Assembly (NCBI GenBank): GCA_002269645.1 | Contig: NIVC01001907.1 | Span: 1-64,000, forward strand | DNA: 64,000 bases | Direction: 5' to 3' | Source of the DNA: Macrostomum lignano | Lineage: Eukaryota | Shown: positions 1 through 12,871 of the stretch, one piece after another | Numbering within the stretch: position 1 is the stretch's first letter | Layout: every line of letters begins with the position of its first letter | Notes under the pieces: generated by a model | Seen by the model: only the letters and a program-made list of their open reading frames with translations | What the model was told of the DNA's origin: nothing | The model's database searches: none | Position numbers and translations under genes: made by a program

Positions 1-140
1 TCACGATGCATCATTTATGGTCATGAGGTATCATTCAAGGTCATAGGTAACATTTAGGGTCACGAGGTATCAGCTTAGCTGGATAAGCATCAGCTTGGTC
101 ATGAGCTATCTGAGCAAGCTCATGCCAGCAGTAAAGCTAC

Positions 141-686
141 CTGTTGAGCACAGGCACGAGGCCAGCCATGGGGCTGTTAGGAGTGTCAGCCGACAGCAGA
201 TGCCGCAGAACTCGAAACGCAGCCAACTCCAGCCGACGCTCAGCAAAAGGCCGCATCAGCAGCACCAGCAGCAGCCGGTGCAACGGGAGCAGCCGGGGGT
301 GTACACCAGACTAGTCACGTGATGCAGAGCCGAAACCTCGGCATTGTCGGCCGCGCTAGCGACTTCCCTGGTGAGCAGGTCGCAGAAGATGCGCAGATGC
401 GGCAGGGCGCCCTTTGGCCCGAGGCTCTCCTGGACTCGGCGAACAGCTGGGCCGCTGGAAGGTCACCGCCACGCTCCCGCAGGCAGCTGAGCGCCACCCA
501 GTACAGGCAGCCAGCTGAGGGGTCGCTTAGCTGGGCCTCATCGCACTGGCCCTCCTGCAGGATGCGCTGGCTCAGGCGGGTGGCCAGCTCGGCTGAGCCG
601 GTCAGCTGATGCGACTGACGCTCAGCTGAGGGCACCGAGATTCTGTCCGGGCTGGCCAACAGGCGCGGCTGCATGGAGATCGGCAC
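141..686 (-). CDS. MED23: MED23 exon 11 (gene continues beyond left edge); two apparent 1-nt deletions
   Basis: Acceptor CCCCAG|GTG at 686, donor AACAG|GTAGCT at 141. Joined frames read ..VQESLGPKGALPHLRIFCDLLTREV..LVY..LLPLHRLLLVLLMRPF.., aligning by eye with human MED23 VLERIGARALVAHVRTFADFLVYEF..VTLDRLILCLAMR. Frame changes at C-runs near 450 and 297. Confidence 0.8.
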
Positions 687-724
687 CTGGGGTGGGTGGA
701 GAATGAGGAATGTGAAGGTTCTGG

Positions 725-1432
725 GATTTGAGACTATGGGATATGGGATTTGAAGCTATGTGATATGGGATTTGAGGCTATGGGATATGGGATTTGAAGC
801 TATGTGATATGGGATTTGGGCTATGGGATATGGGATTTGAGGCTATGGGATATGGGATTTGAGGCTATGGGATATGGGATTTGAGGCTATGGGATATGGG
901 ATTTGAAGCTATGTGATATGGGATTTGAGGCTATGGGATATGGGATTTGAAGCTATGTGATATGGGATTTGGGGCTATGGGATATGGATTTGAGGCTATG
1001 GGATATGGGATTTGAGGCTATGGGATATGGGATTTGAGGCTATGGGATATGGGATTTGAGGCTATGGGATATGGGATTTGAAGCTATGGGATATGGGATT
1101 TGAGGCTATGGGATATGGGATTTGAAGCTATGGGATAGGGGATTTGAGGCTATGTGATATGGGATTTGAGGCTATGGGATATGGGATTGAGGCTATGGGA
1201 TATGGGATTTGAAGCTATGGGATATGGGATTGAGGCTATGGAAAATGGGATTGAGGCTATGGGATATGGGATTTGAGGCTATAGGATATGGGATTAGAGG
1301 CTATAGGATATAATATTTAAGGTTATGGGATATGGGATTAGAGGCTATAGGATATAAGATTTAAGGTTATGGGATATGGGATTTAAAGCTATGTGATATA
1401 TGATTTTAGGTTATGGGATATGGGATTTGAGG
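725..1432. repeat. 22-bp intronic minisatellite (GGCTATGGGATATGGGATTTGA)n
   Basis: Directly visible tandem array in MED23 intron 10. Confidence 0.95.
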
Positions 1433-1685
1433 CATGTGTCCTTGAGCAAGACACTCTTAACTCTGCACTGCTTCAGTTCACCCAGCTGTAGAATGGGTGC
1501 CATGGGTGCCCTAACCCCCCAGTCCTTAGACTGAACAGTCGTATGCAGCCTTCAGTTACGCCGCGCAATCGAAGTAATCAATTATACTGTGAATTATTAC
1601 TGGGATTAAGCACAAAATGATTTACGAGTACTATTTGTTAGCAAGATATGAATACTTAGAGATGCTATAAAAGTTCATCTTGTAC

Positions 1686-1871
1686 CAGGCATGCAGCCGA
1701 GCATTTCTGAAACAGCGGCTGAACAAAGTCGGATAGCAGCAGGCCGTCAGGATCTGCTTGCTGGTGAATCAGCTGGTGATTGATCTGCAGCAGTAGGTAT
1801 TTATTCAGCTCCTCCTGGTCGCTGCCGCAGATCCAAGCCACGTACAGCTTCTTCACGTGGTTGTTGGTGAC
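1686..1871 (-). CDS. MED23: MED23 exon 10
   Basis: CCCCAG|GTC ... CTG|GTACAA, 62 codons, phase 0/0. GSDQEELNKYLLLQI resembles human SAESEELNRALILTL. Confidence 0.85.
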
Positions 1872-1989
1872 CTGGGGGGATTGTACTAATAAGTATAACT
1901 GCATTGTACCCATTGCCTACCTGCCTACTAATGGTATTTACTAGTCTATCTACTACCCATTATACCCCTAATAGAACTATAATTATCCC

Positions 1990-2560
1990 TAATCTACCCA
2001 TGATATCTCTAATCTACCATGATATCTCTAATCTACCCATGATATCTCTAATCTATCCATGATATCTCTAATCTACCCATGATATCTCTAATCTACCCAT
2101 GACATCCCTAATCTACCCATTATATACCTAATCTACCCATTATATACCTAATCTACTCATTATATCCCTAATCTACCCACTATATCCCCAATCTACCTAT
2201 TATATCCCTAAGCTACACACTATATACCAAATCTACTCATTATATCCCTAAGCTACCCACTATATACCAAATCTACCCATTATATACCTAATCTACCCAT
2301 TATATACCTAATCTACCCATTATATACCTAATCTACCCATTATATACCTAATCTTCCCATTATATCCCTAATCTACCCATTATATCCCTAATCTACCCTT
2401 TATATACCTAATCTACCCATCATATCCCTAAGCTACCCATTATATCCCTAAGCTACCCATTATATCCCTAAGCTACCCATTATATCCCTAAGCTACCCAT
2501 TATATACCTAATCTACCCATTATATACCAAATCTACCCATTATATACCTAATCTACCCAG
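1990..2560. repeat. 20-bp intronic minisatellite (ATCTACCCATTATATACCTA)n
   Basis: Tandem array ending about 10 nt from the exon 9 donor. Confidence 0.95.
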
Positions 2561-2572
2561 CCCACAACCAAC

Positions 2573-3019
2573 CTGCAGAGCGGGAGTGAGCAAGGCTTGA
2601 GCCTGCCTATACAAGCACAGCTCAGTGTCCAGCCCCAGCCGGTTAGCCTTGGCCAGAGTGACCAGGTTCTGCAGCAACAGGTGCCTCTGCATGGGTTCAA
2701 CGCTGTTCAAGTGATACGTGGCCAGCTCGAACACAAAGGCCAACACTCTGCTTCCACCAGTGTTGCCAGCCTTAGTGAAGGCCTCCGTGAGTACAGATTT
2801 AGGCTGCAAATTCAAATCGTGATGCATGAGCACAGTGATCCTGGCGTACGTGTCCAGCACCACGGGACTGTCGGCATGGGTTGACAGCAGGTTGTACAGC
2901 AGACTGTTGATAGCCAGCAGTGACATTGTGGCTAACTGGCGTAGGCTGGAGTAAGATGGAGCAATGGCGTCTGATTGTTTGAGCGCTTCTACCAGCTTGG
3001 AGTTGAGCGGGCTGACCAC
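2573..3019 (-). CDS. MED23: MED23 exon 9
   Basis: CCGCAG|GTG ... CAG|GTTGGT, 149 codons. VVLDTYARITVLM..LAFVFELATYHLNSVEPMQRHLLLQNLVTLA resembles human LVETYSRLLVYM..LHTLLEMFSYRMHHIQPHYRVQLLSHLHTLA. Confidence 0.9.
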
Positions 3020-3199
3020 CTGCGGGTCATAGGGTCATGGTCTATGATTGTGCGATCATACACTTTTCGGAACTTTGGATGAATGATTTTGGAATCATGC
3101 GATATTAACATAGGGTCATGGAATAACGGAGATCAGTAAGGGACTTCCAAAAATGCGATTGAGAATGAGAATAGGATCATGTGACCCTGCAGAATATAA

Positions 3200-4420
3200 T
3201 TATGGGATCATAAGAGAATGTGATCATAGTCATAGAGAATGGGATCATAGGGTCATAGAGAATGGAATCATATGGTCATAGAGAATGGAATCATAGGGTC
3301 ACAGAGAATGGAATCATAGGGTCATAGAGAATGGAATCATAGGGTCATAAAGAATGCGATCATAGGGTCATAGAGAATGGGATCATAGGGTCATAGAGAA
3401 GGGGATCATAGGGTCATAGAGAATGGAATCATAGGGTCATAGAGAATGGAATCATAGGGTCATAAAGAATGGGATCATAGGGTCATAGAGAATGGGATCA
3501 TAGAGTCATAGAGAATGGGATCATAGTCATAGAGAATGGGATCATAGTCATAGAGAATGGGATCATAGTCATAGAGAATGGGATCATAGTCATAGAGAAT
3601 GGGATCACATACATAAATATTTAAATCATGGGATCATAGAGAATGGGATCATAGGGTCATAGAAAATGGGATCATAGAGTCATAGAGAACGGGATCAGAG
3701 TCACAGAGAACGGGATCAGAGTCATAGAGAATGGAATCATAGGGTCATAGAGAATGTGATCATAGTCATAGAGAATGGAATCATAGCGTCATAGAGAATG
3801 GGATCATAGGGTCATAGAGAATGGAATCATAGGGTCATAGGGAAGGGGATCAGAGTCATAGAGAATGGAATCATAGGGTCATAGAGAATGTGATCAGAGT
3901 CATAGAGAATGGAATCATAGGGTCATAGAGAATGTGATCAGAGTCATAGAGAATGGAATCATAGGGTCATAGAGAATGTGATCAGAGTCATAGAGAATGG
4001 AATCATAGGGTCATAGAGAATGTGATCAGAGTCATAGAGAATGGAATCATAGGGTCATAGAGAATGTGATCAGAGTCATAGAGAATGGAATCATAGGGTC
4101 ATAGAGAATGTGATCAGAGTCATAGAGAATGGAATCATAGGGTCATAGAGAATGTGATCAGAGTCATAGAGAATGGAATCATAGGGTCATAGAGAATGTG
4201 ATCAGAGTCATAGAGAATGGAATCATAGGGTCATAGGGAAGGGGATCAGAGTCATAGATAATGGAATCATAGGGTCATAGAGAATGTGATCAGAGTCATA
4301 GAGAATGGAATCATAGGGTCATAGGGAAGGGGATCAGAGTCATAGAGAATGGAATCATAGGGTCATAGAGAATGGGATCAAAGTCATAGAGAATGGAATC
4401 ATAGTCATAGGGAATATGAT
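3200..4420. repeat. 21/23-bp intronic minisatellite (CATAGAGAATGGAATCATAGGGT), with a 44-bp dimer in the right half
   Basis: Tandem array; 23- and 21-mers alternate from about 3870. Confidence 0.95.
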
Positions 4421-4482
4421 CATAGTCACACGCACGTAATGGGATTAGGGGATCAATGGGAAAACATCCCAGCGCTACAAAC

Positions 4483-4865
4483 CTGAGGCTGACCCAGAGG
4501 CGCATAAGCATTATAAACGTAGGCGAACCAGCGAAACTCTTCGGGATCCAGCGGGACTTGATAGCTGGGAGACTGCGACATCTGCTGGAACTTCTCCATC
4601 AGCTCTGACATCATTGGCTGCATCGGAGGCGGCAGGGCTCGAGGCAGCCGCTCGTTGGGCGCGCTGGACTTCTGGGTGAGGCTGAACCAAACCAGCAGGG
4701 TGGTGTCAAAGGCTGGCGCCCCGCCTGGAAACAGCGCGTCAAGGATGCGCAGGATGGGAGCAAAATCTACGAGGGGATTTTTGTTTTGAGCGCCCAAGAA
4801 GTTGAACAGCATCCAAGCGATGTGCGGCGCCGAACGGCTGAGCGAATCTCGTCGATCTTGCAGGC
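4483..4865 (-). CDS. MED23: MED23 exon 8 (3' boundary less certain)
   Basis: AACCAG|GC acceptor matches the phase 1 upstream donor; donor CAG|GTTTGT. HIAWMLFNFLGAQNKNPLVDFAPILRILDALFP resembles human HLMWVLLQFISGSIQKNALADFLPVMKLFDLLYP. Confidence 0.85.
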
Positions 4866-5019
4866 CTGGTTTTGGTTGAAGGGAATTGAATATTAGCGAA
4901 ATGTTTGCATTGCTACTCAGTCAGTAGAGTAGTCCAAGTATGTTGCAATATCTATCTGAGCCAGGTGAGTGTCTCAGTTGACGATATGCGAGATTAGGGA
5001 AAAATAGCTGGCATACTAA

Positions 5020-5325
5020 GGGATCTGGGAGGCTGACCCAGCAACTGAGGATCTGGGAGGCTGGTACAGCAACTGAGGATCTGGGAGACTGGTACAGCAA
5101 CTGAGGATCTGGGAGGCTGACCCAGCAACTGAGGATCTGGGAGGCTGGTACAGCAACTGAGGATCTGGGAGGCTGGCCCAGCAACTGAGGATCTGGGAGG
5201 CTGACCCAGCAACTGAGGATCTGGGAGGCTGACCCAGCAACTGAGGATCTGGGAGGCTGGCCCAGCAACTGAGGATCTGGGAGGCTGACCCAGCAACTGA
5301 GGATCTGGGAGGCTGACCCAGAAAC
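5020..5325. repeat. 28-bp intronic minisatellite (GGGAGGCTGACCCAGCAACTGAGGATCT)n
   Basis: Tandem array next to the exon 7 donor; explains ORFs 4921-5352 and 5016-5240. Confidence 0.95.
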
Positions 5326-5337
5326 TGAGCTCAATAC

Positions 5338-5802
5338 CTTCCAAAACTCCAAGGCACATCTCGGGAAAGCGCACGAGATGCAGCCGACAAAGATGGATGC
5401 TGTACAGTCCCAGATGACGCCACATCATGTCTGCCCAAGCCATCTCGCTATCGGATTCGCAGGCCTCGGTCTCGTCGGCAGTCCACAGAATGGTGTCAAT
5501 CAAGCATCGCTCCAGAAACAGGCACCTGGATATCTTGCTAGCCCTTGGTGCCGTGTGCAGTGACAGAAGACTCAACAACAGGTCCATGCTGCCCTGCTGC
5601 GTGAGCACAGCCCTGATGAGGCTGGTATGCGGTCTCTGCAAGCACCTGGCATAGGGCAGGGGGCCCTTCAAATCCAGGGCGCCAGTCGAGGCCAGCAGAT
5701 TCACGGGCACATTGGTGACGCTGCTGGGCTGCGGATGCTGCAGAATGGCCGGCGGCATGCAGTAGTTGCCAACACCGGCTATGGGAACGATTTGACGGAT
5801 CA
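5338..5802 (-). CDS. MED23: MED23 exon 7
   Basis: CCCGCAG|TG ... GAAG|GTATTG, phase 1/1. LDLKGPLPY..MMWRHLG..FPEMCL resembles human FPLKGLLPY..LLWQHLS..FPHMVL. Confidence 0.9.
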
Positions 5803-5873
5803 CTGCGGGGGCGGAGCAGGCGGGTGAGTCATCTGCTACTCTGATCCAGCAGGAATGATTAGCAGCACCTTAC

Positions 5874-5943
5874 CTCTGTGCGAGAACATGTTGGCAACGT
5901 TTTTGAAGCTATTGCGAAATGTTTCCAGTTTGGTCTTTAAAAT
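5874..5943 (-). CDS. MED23: MED23 exon 6
   Basis: CCCTCAG|ATT ... AGAG|GTAAGG. ILKTKLETFRNSFKNVANMFSHR resembles human LLGNLVSDFVDTFRPTARINSIC; phases fit both neighbours. Confidence 0.85.
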
Positions 5944-6102
5944 CTGAGGGAGGAAAGTTATTGAGGATCTGCTGCTGGACTGATTGTGAATTTATCGATC
6001 ATTCTGTATAAAATATAGACACCCGTACGACTCTACTACGACTAGGACTACTACTACAACTTTTCTACTATTAGTCTACTACTGAAATACAGTGCCCAGT
6101 TG

Positions 6103-6375
6103 CCTGTGAACAGGGTCTGAGCAGACAGTAGTCTGTAAACAGGGTCTGAGCAGACAGCAGTCTGTAAACAGGGTCTGAGCAGACAGCAGTCTGTAAACAG
6201 GGTCTGAGCAGACAGCAGTCTGTAAACAGGGTCTGAGCAGACAGCAGTCTGTAAACAGGGTCTGAGCAGACAGCAGTCTGTGAACAGGGTCTGAGCAGAC
6301 AGCAGTCTGTGAACAGGGTCTGAGCAGACAGCAGTCTGTGAACAGGGTCTGAGCAGACAGCAGTCAGTGAACAGA
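6103..6375. repeat. 29-bp minisatellite (CAGGGTCTGAGCAGACAGCAGTCTGTAAA)n, expanded inside a hammerhead-bearing repeat monomer
   Basis: Tandem array; the same motif occurs single-copy near 7060 and 12475. Confidence 0.9.
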
Positions 6376-6821
6376 CGCCGCCAACTGCGACTCGTGACTT
6401 GTCTGGCTACATTAAAACAGTCTACCAGTACGACTCTACTAAGACTACGACTACTACGTCTGTGACCAGATGCCATGAACTGCTACTTGTGGCCGGTCTG
6501 GCCTACTCAAACTAATTTAATCTCGTATGTGCATCAAATTATTTACACTTCGTTAATTAGTCAGAGTTCTCAGTGCTCTATAACAATTATTTATTTTTCT
6601 AAATAACTTATTTGTAGTATTTTTCAAGCTGGTTAGTCACATTTCTAAGCTGTAATGCCTTAACCAGTCAGAGTGCTTTAATTCCCTCTTTGTATTAGCT
6701 ATATGTACGTGCATTTTTACACAACACTGCTCAGTGCACCCAGCCAAAGCTGGTACATAAATAATAATGTTATGAGGAAATAACTTCACTACCAAAATAA
6801 TTGCTACTTTATATACCCTCA

Positions 6822-6869
6822 AAATAAACCCTGACGAAGGCCATGATTTGGCCGAAATATCGGTTATTT
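6822..6869 (+). ncRNA. Type I minimal hammerhead ribozyme, best-preserved copy
   Basis: AACC-CUGACGA-A-GGCCA-UGAUU-UGGCC-GAAA-UA-UC^-GGUU: full catalytic core, helix I AACC/GGUU, 5-bp helix II, palindromic AUAU helix III. Predicted cleavage after C6861. Confidence 0.85.
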
Positions 6870-7251
6870 CAAAGTTTGACACCTGAAAACTTCAATCTTC
6901 CGTGTGCGTGGTTGCGGTTTCAGACTGTCTTATACTCGTAGATATCTCTATTTATCTATTTATCGATCTTTCGATCTATATATCCATCTATCTTTCTATC
7001 TATCTATGGATCAAATATACTTCATTAACTACTAAACGGCAGTGCCCAGTTGTCTGTGTCCAGGGACTGAGCAGACGGTGATCTGTGTCCAGACGCCGCC
7101 CACTGATACTTGTGGCTTGCCAGGATAAACAATTAAATTACTGCATATGCATCAGTATGTAATTATTTACCCTTCTTTAACCAGTTTAAGTAAGGTCGTA
7201 GTGCTCTGTAACAATTTAATTTACTTTAAAAACATTAGACACCAGTGAATG

Positions 7252-7385
7252 CGGCGGAAAGATCCTCCAACGCTGCGCATTGAGGGACAGGAATTAACCT
7301 ACGACCCGACACCCACGTTCCTTGGCCTTCGCCTAGACGACCAACTGACTTTCGCCAACCATATAGAGGCAGTGCGCAAAAGATG
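7252..7385 (+). mobile_element. Non-LTR retrotransposon RT C-terminal fragment
   Basis: LRIEGQELTYDPTPTFLGLRLDDQLTFANHIEAVRKR matches the (Y/F)LG..LD..LT(W/F)..HI motif of LINE RTs. Confidence 0.7.
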
Positions 7386-7466
7386 GCCACCAGGCGGCGT
7401 TGTCTGCAAAGTCTCGTTGGCAAATCCCAGGAAAATACTTCATCTTATTAAAGAGGAACCAATTTT

Positions 7467-8815
7467 TTGAAAGAATCCGGTGATGAAGAAGTCTTGCCTA
7501 CAGAGTTTTTGGTGGTGGCTGACTCAGCCCCTAATGCTGCTGCTTCTGGGCTTCCAGGCGGCCCTGCTTCTGCTGATTCTGGGCTTTCCGGCACTCCCGC
7601 TGCTGCTGCTGCCGAGGGCGCCCCTGCTGGTGTTGCTATTACTGTAAACTCCAGGGGTCCACGTGGAGTCCGTGGCCAAAAATGGCTGATTTGGAGTCCG
7701 CCCTCAATAAGCTAGAGCGCAATCCTCGGTTTGGAACGGACCTTATGTTAAAGGCGAATTTCGTCAACAAGTTTTTAACTTACATCATCAATGACGTCTT
7801 TAACAATTATAAAAGCCGGCAAGATCCGTATCTTTATGGAAAAGAGCTAAATGACATAACCATCTCCATCGTTTCTATGTACCCAGGAATGCGAGACGGG
7901 TCGAGCGATGGACTATTTTTTGGTGGCAGAAAATTCACCGAAGATTCGCTGCTAATTCCAGCAACTCCGGCATTTCCGCGTCGTGCATGGCGGAAAATGA
8001 TGAGGATAGTGACGAAGAAAACGTAGTTTCATTTGCAAGTAAGCGCCGAAAAATTGCTACCATCGTAGATGCGTCCGATGATGACGAAAACGTAGTACAA
8101 GCAAAGCGCCTGCAAGTCAACTGTGAGGATGCTGAGAGTACGACTACATCGACAAGCAAGCTTGTCAAAAGCGTCATTTTTGGAGATGTGGAATGCGTTC
8201 CTGAAAGTCACGAAGTTGACCGAATTAGGTTGAACAAAAATTTCCACACAATGGAAATCGAAGAGGTATTAAGCAATATGAAAAGTCTATTTAGTGTGCG
8301 AGTCGTGCGTTGCCAAGAGAGAACTGTTGAAGAGGAGGCTGAATTGTATAAGCCATTATCACTGCCACGTGTTCAGTTGCAAGAGGCATTTCTTATGATT
8401 CAGTTGTATAACTCTAGACGCAAGGCTGACTATGTGTTTCCTCGAACACCTGAGGATATTGAACAAAATGTATGCGGTGCACTCCGGCATGTGTGGCAAG
8501 AACGAGATGCAATGAAGCGGTACTTGTACTGCTAGCCGTTTCTGAACGCTGAATGTGATAACGACGACACCATTCTAATAAACGGCCTTTGCCTGCACCT
8601 TGATCGATTAAGGATTGACCCTGCGAAACTTTTTTGATACTGAGCTGCCAATTGAAATTCTGAAGGAAGGCGAAAGTAATTGCAATCTGTTCCGTATCGT
8701 TTACCTGCAGCATGTGCCCTATCTGGAAGCCTCCCTCGAGACGTATTAGAAGTATTGTGAAAACTCCCTCGACGTGATGCTGTGTCCTGCGCACCTTCCC
8801 AGTCGCTGATTGCTA
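7467..8815 (+). pseudogene. Frameshifted, stop-interrupted ORF of unknown family, probably TE-borne
   Basis: Successive overlapping + frames (7467-7715, 7682-8026, 7987-8535, then a further shifted frame) with protein-like composition and an acidic/NLS-like segment; no splice sites that rescue it. Confidence 0.45.
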
Positions 8816-9614
8816 TACTTCGTTAATAAAACTTTAACTTAGCATTCGACATTTTATTCGTATAATGAAAGTCTATGTTCCCCCTTAAACACCACCTAAG
8901 CTTAAGGTTTATTAATGTCTCCACTAATAAAAAACCCTTTAAACTTACCTTAATAAGTTTAACCCAATTACCGGCTACCTTAATAAACAAATGACAATTT
9001 TTCTTAATACAGAATTGATACTGCATAGCTATTTTTATACTGTTTATTCTTATATTAAGCTGAAGCTTGTAAATGGTATTGTCTGCAGCACTGGATCACT
9101 CATTTATATATAAAATCATGTATGACATTATAAAATATAAATTTAAAATATAAAATTTTTTTTATAATGTTTGCATCTAATTTTCGTGTAGTTCCATGTA
9201 ATTTTTGCATACTTTTTGACGTTGACGTAATAATTGAAATACTTTCATGCGTGTGTATGTATGTTGTATTAGTATTTCACGTTGCGAAAAAATAATAAAA
9301 CACCAAGTAATGAGTGTATGTCAATATACACTGCATGTGATAATTATAATACGATAGGGAGCATTTATCTGGCAGACAGATATTAGTGTTGTAATTCATG
9401 GTTACAAATTCAAGACTTGCATATCGTATAATTTTCTTCTTGTCAGTGATTTTTTTCGTATTATAATACAAAAATGATGGGTGTTCTCGATTGTGTACAT
9501 TAACTTTTTATTAAAAAGAATTTGCATCAGTTGATCTAACTTCTAAGCGTGCGAAAGCCAATAAATCTGAATTTAGCTAGTCAACCTTGCAAACGAAACT
9601 ACGCTCGTACATGC

Positions 9615-12058
9615 GGACCCTTCTTGCATTCGACCTTTAGGGTCCGTATATAGCGACGCCGCGGACCCTAACATACGGACCCCTGCCGGACCTTTTTTCG
9701 AACCCATACATTCGGACCTTTAGGGTCCGTATATAGCGACGCCGCGGACCTTAACATACGGACCCCTGCCGGACCTTTTTTCGAACCCATACATTCGGAC
9801 CTTTAGGGTCCGTATATAGCGACGCCGCGGACCCTAACATACGGACCCCTACTTGACCTTTTTTCGGATCCATACATTCGGACATTTGGGGTGTAGCGAC
9901 GCCGCGGACCTAACATACCGACCCCTACTTGACCTTTTTTCGGATCCATACATTCGGACATTTAGGGTCCGTATATAGCGACGCCGCGGACCCTAACATA
10001 CGGAACCCTACTGGACCTTTTTCGGATCCATACATTCGGACATTTGGGGTGAGCGACGCCGTGGACCTAACATACCGACCCCTACTTGACCTTTTTTCGG
10101 ATCCATACATTCGGACATTTGGGGTGTAGCGACGCCGCGGACCCTAACATACTGACCCCTACTGGACCTTTTTTCGGATCCATACATTCGGACATTTAGG
10201 GTCCGTATATAGCGACGCCGCGGACCCTAACATACGGACCCCTACTGGACCTTTTTTCGGATCCATACATTCGGACATTTGGGGTGTAGCGACGCCGCGG
10301 ACCTAACATACCGACCCCTACTTGACCTTTTTTCGGATCCATACATTCGGACATTTAGGGTCCGTATATAGCGACGCCGCGGACCCTAACATACGGACCC
10401 CTACTGGACCTTTTTCGGATCCATACATTCGGACATTTGGGGTGAGCGACGCCGCGGACCTAACATACCGACCCCTACTTGACCTTTTTTCGGATCCATA
10501 CATTCGGATATTTGGGGTGAGCGACGCCGCGGACCTAACATACCGACCCCTACTTGACCTTTTTTCGGATCCATACATTCGGACATTTGGGGTGTAGCGA
10601 CGCCGCGGACCCTAACATACCGACCCCTACTGGACCTTTTTTCGGATCCATACATTCGGATATTTAGGGTCCGTATATAGCGACGCCGCGGACCCTAACA
10701 TACGGACCCCTACTGGACCTTTTTCGGATCCATACATTCGGACATTTGGGGTGAGCGACGCCGCGGACCTAACATACCGACCCCTACTTGACCTTTTTTC
10801 GGATCCATACATTCGGACATTTGGGGTGAGCGACGCCGCGGACCTAACATACCGACCCCTACTTGACCTTTTTTCGGATCCATACATTCGGAAATTTGGG
10901 GTGTAGCGACGCCGCGGACCTAACATACCGACCCCTACTTGACCTTTCTTCGGATCCATACATTCGGACATTTGGGGTGTAGCGACGCCGCGGACCCTAA
11001 CATACCGACCCCTACTTGACCTTTTTTCGGACCCATACATTCGGACATTTAGGGTCCGTATATAGCGACGCCGCGGACCCTAACATACGGAACCCTACTG
11101 GACCTTTTTCGGATCCATACATTCGGACATTTGGGGTGTAGCGACGCCGCGGACCTAACATACCGACCCCTACTTGACCTTTTTTCGGATCCATACATTC
11201 GGACATTTAGGGTCCGTATATAGCGACGCCGCGGACCCTAACATACGGACCCCTACTGGACCTTTTTCGGATCCATACATTCGGACATTTGGGGTGAGCG
11301 ACGCCGCGGACCTAACATACCGACCCCTACTTGACCTTTTTTCGGATCCATACATTCGGATATTTGGGGTGAGCGACGCCGCGGACCTAACATACCGACC
11401 CCTACTTGACCTTTTTTCGGATCCATACATTCGGACATTTGGGGTGTAGCGACGCCGCGGACCCTAACATACCGACCCCTACTGGACCTTTTTTCGGATC
11501 CATACATTCGGATATTTAGGGTCCGTATATAGCGACGCCGCGGACCCTAACATACGGACCCCTACTGGACCTTTTTCGGATCCATACATTCGGACATTTG
11601 GGGTGAGCGACGCCGCGGACCTAACATACCGACCCCTACTTGACCTTTTTTCGGATCCATACATTCGGACATTTGGGGTGAGCGACGCCGCGGACCTAAC
11701 ATACCGACCCCTACTTGACCTTTTTTCGGATCCATACATTCGGAAATTTGGGGTGTAGCGACGCCGCGGACCTAACATACCGACCCCTACTTGACCTTTC
11801 TTCGGATCCATACATTCGGACATTTGGGGTGTAGCGACGCCGCGGACCCTAACATACCGACCCCTACTTGACCTTTTTTCGGACCCATACATTCGGACAT
11901 TTAGGGTCCGTATATAGCGACGCCGCGGACCCTAACATACGGACCCCTACTGGACCTTTTTCGGATCCATACATTCAGACATTTAGGGTGTAGCGACGCC
12001 GCGGACCCTAACATACCGACCAATACTTGACCTTTTTGGATCCCTGGGGTTTACAGTG
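9615..12058. mobile_element. Subterminal satellite (70-80-bp units) ending in a CACTG-type transposon terminus
   Basis: Units contain the inverted pair GGGTCCGTAT..ATACGGACCC; an 852-bp block is duplicated exactly (identical ORFs at 10318/11170). The array ends in GGGGTTTACAGTG, the reverse complement of CACTGTAAACCCC, as in animal CMC/EnSpm ends. Partner end not found. Confidence 0.6.
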
Positions 12059-12261
12059 TACAATTGAGCCGGTGGAGCCAATTCCTGATTGAATCAAGGA
12101 GTCTGATCAGACTATCGTGGCGGCAAATATTCTACCCGGCGTGTCGTTTTCCTACCGCCTGTCAGCGGTGCCGGGTATGCAGTGACTTAGAAGAACATAT
12201 ATATTTTATTTCCCACTAACAATATAAATTCGTTGCATTTTGTTATTAATAATTATACTAA

Positions 12262-12302
12262 GAACCCTGACGAAGGCCAATCCACAGCCGAAGTATCGGT
12301 TC
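12262..12302 (+). ncRNA. Hammerhead ribozyme copy 2 (GAAA>GAAG variant)
   Basis: GAACC-CUGACGA-A-GGC..GCC-GAAG-UA-UC-GGUUC; helix I perfect, one core substitution. Confidence 0.7.
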
Positions 12303-12832
12303 ACTAAATTGATTTATATTAGTTATGACCTCTGCGTCTCTCTTTGATATTTCTTGGCTAACTTAGTTAGAGCTGCTAATGTGTGAGTGGTCTTTTTCAA
12401 ACGTCTATTTATCTATCAATGAATCAAATATACTTCATCAACTACTGAACGGCACTGCCCAGTTGTCTGTGTCCAGGGACTGAGCAGAAAGTGGTCTACT
12501 CGTATGTCCAGACGCCGCCAACTGATAGCCTGATAGTTTGATAGCCTAAGTGAGGTCTCAGTGCTCTATAACAATTTAATTTACTTTTTTTAAAACGTAT
12601 TCATTATACCTTTCAAGCTGTTTAGTCACACTTTAATAATCGTTCAATGTGACTTTATATAGCTCCTAATGCCTATAATTTTTTGTGTGAGGCATTAGCC
12701 GCAAAGCTCTAACCAATCAGTGTGCTTTAATACACTTTTTACACAACACTGTTTAGTGCACCCAGACAAAGCTGGTGTATAAATAACCTGGTTATGATGC
12801 AATAACTTCACTGTCAAAATTTTATTTTCTTT

Positions 12833-12871
12833 TAACCTGACGAAGGCCACGATTTTGCCGAAATATTGGTA
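12833..12871 (+). ncRNA. Hammerhead ribozyme copy 3 (degenerate)
   Basis: AAC-CUGACGA-A-GGC-CACGAUUUU-GCC-GAAA-UA-UU-GGU; core intact, helix I and cleavage site decayed. Confidence 0.6.

Noticed and set aside
9615-12045. CRISPR-like palindromic repeat array
   Set aside because: No unique spacers, no cas genes, eukaryotic context.
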